NCBI RefSeq assembly: GCF_964355755.1
Contig: NC_092672.1
Coordinates: 12,400,001-12,464,000, forward strand
DNA: 64,000 nucleotides
Direction: 5' to 3'
Source: Antedon mediterranea
Lineage: Eukaryota > Animalia > Echinodermata
The position numbers and the translations under genes were made by a program. The notes below the pieces were generated by a model. The model did no database searches and was not told the DNA's origin. It saw only the letters and a list, made by a program, of their open reading frames with translations. Shown here piece by piece: positions 13,501 through 25,500 of this stretch (positions within the stretch are counted from its first letter, which is position 1; each line of letters begins with the position of its first letter).

Positions 13501-16500
13501 AATAATCTAGGTATAGATTATGTTGACCGGGCCAGTGAGAGGGCGATCGACTGTACTACCATAAGTCCTGTAGGTGTATACAACTTATTTCTTGTCTACA
13601 AAGTGTATAGTAGTATGCTAATAGTACTATTATTAGATTAGGTAGTTGGGAGTAGTTTGGAGAGATACATCTATCTATAAAAGAGTACTGTATATATGGA
13701 ACTATCTGTGTTAGCCGCCTTTGTATTTTTTGATATAATACCAATAGGTACTATGTATTGGGAAACAATTCAACAGTTATGAATAAAAAAAGTCCTATGT
13801 ACTCTGTATGTTGGAGGAAATAAGCATAATAGCAAATAAAGCCTTGACCACAGGGTGTAAGTCACTACTTTGAATCAGTAGTATGACTTCTTAAGAAGTA
13901 ATTTAAAAATTATCATTGTATGATCAAAAAGAAATATTATAATATCTAACTTTCTCCTTTATATAAATATATTATTTTATCCAAGGGGTTGCAAACACAA
14001 GTGTTCACATGTCTTGTTAAGTATTGCACCTTTGTCCTGTCTTTATGTTTTCTGTAATGTCACTGCACTAACGGGTGACCGGTAAATGAGCTTCGCTCTT
14101 ACGGTTATCCATCCATATAAGTTGTTCATCTCTTATGTTCAGAAATTGAAATGGTAAATAAACTGAAACTGAAACTGTGCTTATGTGGTACAGGTTGACG
14201 AGCCAGGAATGATGGTAGTGCCAGTGTACCGTGTAGTTTAGCCTCAAGGCAATACCATGTAGCTGGAGTAGCTTGGACAAATACAGTAGAGATTTATGAG
14301 ACTTGGTGTGTGATGATTCAGTATGATACATTTGTGCTGTGAAAGACAAAATTGTAGAATTCGGAAGAAAATATTGTAAAATATAACAAGGAAATTATAC
14401 TATAGTATAATTAAGGGGTAACCATATAATACATAATTAATAGTAATAAAGGCAATGGCAATTTCTTATATTATGTATACATTACAATATTACAAATAAA
14501 TTCATATATTATTTTATTATGATAAGGAAATCTGTTTTAGAATGAGAAAAAGCCATCCCAACCCAGATTTGAACCCAGCTATCAATAAAGCTATAAAACA
14601 CAATAGACCATATTGTAGCCGGACTGGGTAGCGTAGACTTACTTGAGGCCTAGGCATAGTACGATTAGCTAGAAGGATACAGGTCAACCCGTACCCATGC
14701 CATGCCAACACGCTCGTACCCAAATTTTGGTTTACATATATCCAAAATGTTGGCTTACTCGTACCCATCATGGGCTGCCTAGTAGTAGTAGTAGTAGTAG
14801 TAGTAGTAGCCTAGCCTAAGGCAGCAGGCCCGGCCCTAGCCTACTACAACTTAAGTCTAGGCCTAGCCTAGTACTAGTAGGCCTCTAGGCCTAGCCTAGG
14901 CCCTAGTAGTTAACATCATACATACGCCCTAGAGCCTAGTAGTAGCTACCTACTACTCACTAGCTAGGCCTAGGTAGTAGCAGTAGTAGTTATTGTAGTA
15001 GTATTATTGTATTGTAGTATTAGTTGTAGCTGTCCGGTGATCCTTGGTCACTTGTCTAGATCCCCTAGTAGGCCTAAGCTATAGGCCTAGTACGTAGTTA
15101 TTCTTCAGCAGTCACACAATTCAGATTCTGCCGGCCGCTGATTGCTAGTGAACAGGGGGAGGGAGAGAAAGAGTTAGAAGAACTGAAATAAGCCGTGACG
15201 TATAATAAACATCATACAAAATAATAATATAACTAACGAATCCGTATAATATAATAATGTTGTATGTTATAAAGTAAAGTAAATGCGTTTAATATAATAC
15301 AATTATATTATAATATAATGTATTTTATTAATAATATAATATTAAATGTTCATAATATAATGCTAAAACCAAATAATATAATACAAAAAGTCAATAATTT
15401 GTTACATTTTTCACATAATATATTAGAAATAGATATAATATAATGCTAAAACCAAGTAATATAATGCAAAACGTATAATTTATTACAATACAATATATAA
15501 TATAATAAAAAAATGATATAATAATATAATATTTTGAATACTTCAGACAGCTGAGGCTTGCCATAAATTTACATTGTTTGTTGCTGTAATTGATGCTCCG
15601 TGAGCTATGAGACTGTTCACTATCTCTACATTACCACTGCCAACCATAACGTGTCTATGTAGCGGTGTGTTTCCATCCTGGAAAGAAGGAAGGTAGATTA
15701 AACTTGAGACATTTTTTTTAAGAATACAAGTATTATTATAATTATTACTTTTTTTTCTATATTTCATTTTGTAGTTCATTGAGAGAGACTGTAAATTATA
15801 TAGAAAGACCTGGTATTAAGAAAATAATACAACTTGCTGATCTTAATTATTATAATACAGAGGGTTAGCAATGAACACATTATAAAAATATTAATTGAAC
15901 GTCTTTTTCGATCTCTAAAACGCTACAGCTACACGATTTTTAATATATGTGACCCGATCTGGCAAAACCCTACTTTTGTCGGAAATATTCATTTTGTATT
16001 TTTTTATATATTTGGATTATTTGAATCATAAGCTTTGTAGTGGTGTTTATTTCATAAAAATTGAGTAAATATTTAAAAAGTTATTACATTTTAAAAACTT
16101 ACAAATCATTCAATTAGTTTACGAGAAAATCGCGTTTGAAGTTTGCAATGAAATTCTTTTTGATACGCGCTGAAAACTCAATTCGTAGCAACGCGGTATT
16201 TTGGTCTAAGGCACAATGACGTCATACCAGGAAGTGTGTGCGATATAATAGCAGCGTGCACATCATAGTCAATTTGACTGATTTCAGACGCCGTTTTAAC
16301 CTATTTAGTCACTCGAATTAACTATTTTGCACTATTGAAAAGCAGCATTATAACGTCAAGCTTATTTTAACTGGTTTCGGAGGTGTTTACGATATCAACA
16401 GCGAAAAACCAAGCAGGCCTAGGCCTAGCTAGGCCTTTTCAGATTTTCGCCGTCATCGCCTGTACTGTATTAAGACCTACTGATGGGTGTTTATCAGGTC

Positions 16501-19500
16501 GTGTATGGCAGCGGTGCATCGACATTGGGGCTGGAGTTAGTAGTAAACTAGCCTAGACAAGCTTGGCGCCTTGCAGAGTCACAGCTTGCTAGCTACTAAC
16601 ATTGTATTGACGATTTAATACATTTTAATTTTTTTTATAACGTGGAAGATTCGCTGTAATGTTTGGACTTGAATCCAATGAGTTTAAAAAACATTTAAGA
16701 TGAAAGGACTGGACAATAAATTAACGCCGTGGCTAAAGATACGGTACCGTATTCTAACTTCTGTTTACTAAAGGTACGGTAAAATTGCATTACGTCATAA
16801 CCAGCCAATGGGGTGCTGGTACGTGTGTGACGTCATCGTATAAGGACTTTGTGGATTTTTTTCATATCGCGAAAACAGTGATCAACCGCATTTTCTTGAT
16901 GCTTTATTTATCGCTATTATCGCCGTCGTGTGTGACAAAAACTAAATGTAGCCTACGTCTGTTATTATTATTGAAAAGCCAAAACATGTTGATTTTAATT
17001 CTAGAATACAGAAAACCGTTTCAAAAGAGGCCTAGGCCTACTTACTACGTACTATAACCTCATTATATGAGTTTAATTGTTTGTGTAGAGGGAAAGCGAT
17101 GTCAGGCTGGGGCCAGCTACATGTGTGCGCTGATTTCTGTGACTCGTCAGCCCTGGGGCTACTGTCTAAATCATAGTATTTGAAGACCCCTTTATTGTCC
17201 GCATTTGCTTGTTGTTTATGGTCACCATTGTAAACAAAGTTTAATAAAAAATATAGGCCTAAATATATAGGCCATTTGGAATAAAAATAAAACCCTCATC
17301 TGCAGCGCACACACATCCACGCAGCCTGGCGCCGCCGATAGGAATTCTACATATATAATATAATAGTAATACAAATACAACAGACGCGATATGAAAAAAA
17401 ATCCCAAGTCCTTATACGATGACGTCACACGTACCAGCACCCCATTGGCTGATTATGACGTAATGCAATGTTACCGTACCTTTAGTAAACAGAAGTTAGA
17501 ATACGGTACCGTATCTTTAGCCACGGCGATAAATTAAATAAATAATTAAAAGCCGATTGGATATATAAAATGTATAAAGAAAACTATTTATTGACAATAA
17601 AGCTAGGCCCAGTAGTAGTAGTAGTAGGCCTACAAAACCATAATAAAATTAAGGCCTAGCCCAAAGAAATATAGAAAATACAATTGAATTTATGACATGA
17701 ATTGTCTATTTCAATATGGTATAAACAAATACAGGCTACAGCTATTACAGAACACGCCGAACCCTTTACTTTGAATATTAAAATCGTTTTTATTCCAATT
17801 TAGGACATGCTGTGTGTAAAATGAAAATAACCTCACAAAAATGTAAACAGCTTTTTATTTCCGCGCGTAGAGCGTATAACATCTAGCGCGTTGACCAATA
17901 ACGTTTGTTATTGCGATGATGCGCCATAGCAACACACGCAGTTCGCTGTTCCAGAAACTTCGAAGAACCGAATTTTCTGAAATTATGTCATAGTAAATCA
18001 AAGTTTTCATTGGTTCCTTCTTTAAACTCCGACCTAATACTTCCATATTTGGAATGTCAAATGGATGAGCTTTATTTTGATGTGTGACCTTTCAACATTG
18101 TGCAGCGAACTGGCGATCAAAATGTCGTCAAACTCGGCAACTTTCAACTGAATTTACGCAAAATTTTAGCGTAGATCGTGAATAAATTGTTAGGCTTGAG
18201 GAAAATACATGTTTTTAAAACTCTCTTTTTTCATAATTTTAATTAAATTTTGGGAGTTTAAATCAGGTAGACGTATTCTTAAATAGTGAAACATTTCGAA
18301 AATGCAAAAACATGAAATCTGCCAGGGTAGTCGATTTGGACTTATTCTGACTGATTACGTGAATTTTGAATTGCCGACAAAGAGAGGGTTTTGCGGGGTG
18401 TCACGAAAGCTCAGACCACGACAGCTCAGACCCCCTAAGACCTAAGATCACGAAAGCTAAGACCCAACACCTAAGATTACAAATACTAAGATATACTACA
18501 GCTTAAAAACAATACTTGTTTATCCATACATAATTTTAAACACAGTAGGTTTCATTTATTACCATAAATATAATTTAATACTACCGCAAAACATAGATAA
18601 ACTCACATTATTTTCGCCCGTTGAGTAAATGTATATTTTTTCTTTACAACAAACAAACTTGACGGGTTGTTTGTTGGTATATATTTACTCCAATGTGTTG
18701 GTTCAGAGGATGTTTTTCTTACGCACCTGCCTTTCTTGTATTTTGACTCCAAATTTGTTGACTAACTTTATCCTGAACACCACACTTTAAAATTAGGACT
18801 TATAAGTACTTTCAGAAGGAGAAACACATAATAACAAATAAATAAATCCTTTAAATTGATGATTTTACAGATGTGTTTCTTTGTATTCTGTAATGACAAT
18901 GTAACTCCTCAAGCTCCCCATGCTCAATGTTTTTGTTTCTATGGAGCGCCAAAAGAGCAACAATAATAGTACAAGTATAAAAACAGAAAGAAAACGAAAC
19001 AAAAAAACTTATCATGATTTTTAAATTAAAATTTATTTGCCAGTATTTATTTCTTCGTACTTGCATGATTATACTATTATCATTACAATTTTAATTTTAC
19101 ATTGTTCCATCCACACTGTAGATGGACTCCACAGAGTTTTCAGCCCTCTATATAATTTTTGCTCTTTTGACGTTCCATAGAAACAAAAACATTGAACATG
19201 GCCCATGGGCCTACTGTACTGTAGGCTAGTCATTTTGTGTGCGAGAAAAACGTCTGTAAAATCATCAATTTAAAAATGTATTTGTTACTTTTTATGAGAT
19301 TCTTTTTCATGAAAGTGCCAATTCTAAGGTGTGGTATTCAGAATAAATGTTAGGAGTTAAAATACAAGGCAGGTGCGAAAGATAAATATTTGTAATCTTA
19401 GGTGTTGGGTCTTAGCTTTCGTGATCTTAGGTCTTAGGGGGTCTGAGCTTTCGTGGTCTGAGCTTTCGTGACACCCGGGTTTTGCGAGATCGGGTCACAT

Positions 19501-22500
19501 ATTTTAAATTGTATTTTTGCTTTGATAATAACTATACATTTTTACAATGAAAAACACAATAAACGAATCTAGGGTTTGCTTATAACGGGAGAGATAATGT
19601 AAATTAACTTGTACGTAAATGCTTTTTAAATCATTGTATAAGAGTACTTTACATTGCTTGTTGCTGTGATTGATGCTCCGTGGGCTATGAGACTGTTCAC
19701 TATCTCTACATTACCACCGCCATACACAACATGTTTATGTAGCGGTGTGTTTCCATGCTGGAAAGAAGTCACACAAGTCACATCACAAATCAGTTTATTT
19801 GATCCAAAAGAAAAAAAAAAATACAAAGCAAAAAATATACAAAAGGACCAGGGAGACGTCCATTAAGGCCAAAAGCCGCATGCATGGAAGCCACCCGAAC
19901 AGTTTAAATAATATCTAATTTTCATGTATATAATATAATTTAAAAATTAACAAATCATAACATTAACAACATCATATCAGAACAGCTACAACCCATCTCT
20001 ATTACAAATATAACAATTTTGGATATAACATACATCATCATATTCTGAAATAAAATTCTTTTTTAAATATGTAGAAAAACCTTTCAAAGAATGTGTATTT
20101 ACCTTTTCAGTAATCAAATTTACAGTATTGTTAATTAATAAAGGTAGGCTATACCTAATACACCTCTTTGCAAACTCATGATTGACCCTCACAACATGAA
20201 AGTTGTCTTTAATACGTGTGTTATACAAATGTAAAGCTGAATTTAGTTCTAAAGAAAACCTTTGAAAATAATCAGGTAACATATTATTTGAATATTTATA
20301 GTAAAATTTTAATTGGCATAGTAGTTTATGAATATCACATACATTTAGAAATCTGAATTTTTTTTAATGAGGTTCTGAATGGGCATTGTATTTACTTTGA
20401 GTAATAATACGTAAAGCTTTTTTCTGCAATATTGTTACTCTTTTACAAACATAACCCCAAAGCAGTATACCATAATTTATGTGTGAAACAACTAAAGAGT
20501 TATATAAAATATTCATAACATTTGCTGGGATAAAGCGCTTGAGTTTATTAAAAATGCCAATAGTTTTGGAAATCTTATTTGAAATATAATCACCATGGCT
20601 ATTCCATTTTTATGGCAAGCCTCAGCTGTCTGAAGTATTCAAAATATTATATTATTATATAATTTTTTATTATATTATATATTGTATTGTAATGAATTTT
20701 ACGTTTTGCGTTATATTACTTGGTTTTAGCATTATATTATATCTATTTCTAATATATTATGTGAAAAATGTAACAAATTATTGACTTTTTGTGTTATATT
20801 ATTCGGTTTTGGCATTATATTATGAACATTTACTATTATATTAATAATAAAATACCTTATATTATAATATAATTGTATTATATTAAACGCATTTACTTTA
20901 CTTTATAACATACAACATTATTATATTATACGCATTCGTTAGTTATATTATTATTTTATATGATGTTTATTATACGTCACGGCTTATTTCAGTTCTTCTA
21001 ACTCTTTCTCTCCCTCCCCCTGTTCACTAGCAATCAGCGGCAGAATCTGAATTGTGTGACTGTCGAAGAATAACTATTATCTTTACTACGTACTAGGCCT
21101 AGCCTAGGGCCTAGACCTACCAGGGGATCTAGCCTAGACGTAGCTAGTTAGACAAGTGACCAAGGACCACCGGACAGCTACAACTAATACTACAATACAA
21201 TAATACTACTACAAACAATAACTACTACTGCTACTACCTAGGCCTAGCTAGTAGAGTAGGTAGCTACGGATCCGGTAGCTACTACTAGGCTCGTAGGGCG
21301 TATGTATGATATTAACTACTAGTACTAGGCCTAGGCTAGGCCTACTAGTACTAGGCTAGGCCTAGACTTAAGTTGTAGTAGGCTAGAGCCGGGCCTGCTG
21401 CCTTAGGCTAGGCTACTACTACTACTAATACTAGGCAGCCAGCCCATGATGGGTACGAGTAAGCCAAAATTTTGGATATAAGTAAACCAAAATTTGGGTA
21501 CGAGCGAGTTGGCATTGGTACGGGTTGACCTGTATCATTCTAGCTAATCGTACTAGGCCTCAAGTAAGTCTACGCTACCCAGTCCGGCTACAATATGGTC
21601 TATTTTGTTTTATAGCTTTATTGATAGCTGGGTTCAAATCTGGGTTAGGACGGCTTTTTCTCATTCTAAAACAGATTTCCTTATCATAATAAAATATTAT
21701 ATGAATTTATTTGTAATATTGTAATGTATACATAATATAAGTAGGCCCTAATTGACATTGCATTTATTATTATTAATTATATATTATACGGTTACCCCTT
21801 AATTATACTATAGTATAATTTCCTTGTTATATTTTACAATATTTTCTTCATAATTCTACAATTTTGTCTTTCACAGCACAAATTTATCATACTGAATCAT
21901 CACACACCAAGTCTCATAAATCTCTACTGTATTTGTCCAAGCTACTCCAGCTACATGGTATTGCCTTGAGGCTAAACTACACGGTATACTGGCACTACCA
22001 TCATTCCTGGCTCGTCAACCTGGACCACATAAGCGCAGTTTCAGTTTCAGTTTATTTACCATTTCAATTTATGAACATAAGAGATGAACAACTTATATGG
22101 ATGGATAACCGTAAGAGCGAAGCTCGTTTACCGGTCACCCGTTAGTGCAGTGGCTTTACAGACAACATAAAGACAGGACAAAGGTGCAATACATAACAAG
22201 ACATGTGAACACTTGTGTTTGCAACCCCTTGGATAAAATTAGAAAGTTAGATATTATAATTTTCTTTTCTTTTTGATCATACAATGATAATTTTTAAATT
22301 ACTTCTTCTTTTTTTTCTCTTTTGTGGCGCAAACACCACTTTTATTCACATTCATATTATCTCATATTACATAAGATCGTATTATTTAACTTGTAAATGT
22401 CGTTACAGTTCATAAGTAACATTTTTACATATATGAATTCTGTATTACTCCTTTTTTCATTAATTTTCTTATATTTTGTTATACACTTGACAGGATCATC

Positions 22501-25500
22501 ATTATCATCTATCCCGTTTTAAAATAGTTCACACATTTTCATTTGTTTGTTTTCATTTTACAACCCGGATTATACAATATATTTATATACATGATAAAAA
22601 AAAACAATAATTGCTCAGTACCACCAGTAACCCGTATCACTGTAATTCCTTTTCGGTTAATCGTATCAAATTAGAAATTATATTATCATAATCTTATTTC
22701 TTAAAGCTACCCATTTTTCTATACTTGTTTCTTTATTGTTATATGTTTCACATTCAATGTTATATAACATATTGCTTTTAAATGAATTCCATAAAGATTT
22801 ACCCACTGGCTTATTTAGTGCAGATATCATTTTTATTCTATAAATAGTAAATGCTGCAAAAGTGTAAATATAATCTATTAGCTTATCTCCCGTTCCTAGT
22901 ATTAATTGTTTAAATGATATATTATTGTGATTTAAACTTACAAAGATACTAAGCATTTTCCTCCAATATTTCTGAATAAATCTACAACTAAAAAACAAAT
23001 GATTTTCATTTTCAATTTCTCCACATTTGTCACACGTTTGTGTTTCCTTAACTTTCCACTGATACAGCCGTTTGCTGGTAGGCAGTATTCTATGTAACAT
23101 CTTATAATTGAATTGTGCTAGTTTCTTATCTTTCATTTTACATACTTTCCGTAACCAAGAAGTTTTCCAATCAATGTTGTTATCATTGAAGTACTCTTCC
23201 CATTTTAGTTGTGACATTGGAATAATGAAATATTCTTTCACAAACCATGAGTATATTAGTTTGGTAGTATTAATCTCATACTTAGTCCCAACTACTTCAT
23301 CATTATCATCACAATTGAAAATATCTACCTCCTTAATAATACGTTTCCATTGAATTGGTATTGCCTTAATAATGCACAAATACTCATTTAACCAGTTTGT
23401 TTTACATTGTAGTTTCACCAGTATTTCGTTTGATGTTAAAAAAGTGTTCTTATTAACAATGTCTTTAATACTGATAATGCCACTGTCAATCCAATGCTTG
23501 TAGAAAAGCGTTTTTTTTTAGAGATTCTGTTATAATTTATGTAGACTTTTATCATATTTTTGTAAAACAGTGGAATTTTATCAGAATTAACATCAATAAT
23601 GTTATAACATGACATATTAAGTAAAACATTAACATCACATATTTTTTTAATATAATACATTGGAATATTTTTCCATTTAGCACCATCATCATTCATAATT
23701 CTTTTTAACCAGCCACACATGAGTGCGTTAACATGAAGAGTAAAATCAGGCATTTTAATGCCTCCCATCTCAACATCACCAATTAGAGTTTTTCTTTTTA
23801 TCTTTTCCCTTTTATTGTTCCAAATAAAATTATATATTAGATTTGTAACTTGTGTATATACATATTTTGGAACATCAGTGATATTTGCAGCATATGTTAA
23901 TTTAGATAGTGCAAGACTTTTCAGGATTATTATTCTACCAAAAATTGAGAGATTTCTAGCATTCCATTGTTTTAAAGTCTTTTCTAGCTCTATTAATTTA
24001 ACATCCCAGTTTTTTCTGGTACATTCTTCTGTATTACACCCTACATATATGCCTAAAATTTTGATCGGGTGTTTTACCCAATTTAATTCTAAAGGTCTAT
24101 CTATTCTGTTCTTCCATTTACCAATCCAAAAAGCATTGGTTTTTTTTTATTTAGTGTCATTCCAGATACTTCACAAAAACGTTCAATTACACTGACTGCT
24201 GACTTAATACTTTTGTCATTACCAACATACAAAACAGTATCATCGGCTAATTGGCTTATTCTAGCTTCTATGTTATTTTCATTATTTGGAAGTTTAATAC
24301 CCTTATAGTCATCTTTGTTTCTTATTCTAGATGCCATTACTTCAACCACTAAAATGAATAAATGAACAGATAGAGGACAACCTTGTCTAATACCTCTTTC
24401 CATTTTAAAATTGTTTGAAACCCAACCATTGTTAACTGTGACACATTCAACGTTATTGTATAATACTTTTACCCAGTTACAAAAGAACATTCCAAAGTTA
24501 AACTTTTCTAGAACATTGAACATAAAATCTCTACTAATAGAGTCAAAAGCCTTCTTAAAATCTACGGTAATTATTGCCCCTTCGATATCATTACACTTAC
24601 ACTTAAATTACTTCTTAAGAAGTAATACTACTGATTCAAAATACTGTAGTGACTTACACCCTTTGGTCAAGGCTTTATTTGCTCTTATGCTTATTTCCTC
24701 CAACATACAGAGTACATAGGACTTTTTTTATTCATAACTGTTGAATTGTTTCCCAATACATAGTACCTATTGGTATTATATCTAAAAATACAAAGGCGGC
24801 TAACACAGATAGTTCCATATATACAGTACTCTTTTATAAATAGATGTATCTCTCCAAACTACTCCCAACTACCTAATCTAATTATTACAGTCATTAAAGT
24901 ACATTATTACAGAGATTTTTTTTTTTTTTGCAGAATTCAAAGTTATGTGTATAGAAAGCAGTACTCGTATTAAAAACTAAGCAGGTTCCAGGTCTTGAAC
25001 GCAAACTGGCAGGATATTTTTTATTGTTGAAATGAATTGAATCCTAACTTAATTTTCTACGAACTGGAGACGAAGACATATTATGACCCTTTTATTTAGA
25101 TTCATTTGAATAGACCTCCATGTAAAGTCATTAAAGGCTACATGATTGTTTTATATTTTAATATGTGATAGTAGAAAATCATTGTGTATTATTTATAATG
25201 CTGGTAATGAGTTTAAATTTAATTATATTGACTATTTTTGATAATCATCATGTCCTTATAAATTCATTTATATTTCTTTTGTGTAATATAGTTCATATAT
25301 TATGTATTAATTAAATTGGTAAGGCCCTATACTGTTATTATTTAAGGAAAGTTTATATACACTATTATGTAAATGCCTACCAATATTAGTATTATTTGTT
25401 TATGTAAATATTTTGTCTAATTGTCTTGATTTTTTGTATAGGCCAATGGCATCAATGTTTTTCTCAACGCAAATTAGCCTAATAATGCCATATTTAGACA

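Larger units (their letters stand above)
15949..19498. mobile_element. Non-autonomous TIR DNA transposon, superfamily unassigned
   Basis: TIR gtgacccgatctggcaaaaccc / gggttttgcgagatcgggtcac. ATAT (or TA) is duplicated relative to the empty site in the sister intron at ~8275. Confidence 0.8.

Noticed and set aside
8453-15565. Polinton/Maverick assignment from the 6-bp TSD and long TIRs
   Set aside because: The termini are TAT..ATA rather than AG..CT, and there are no polB, integrase or capsid remnants.
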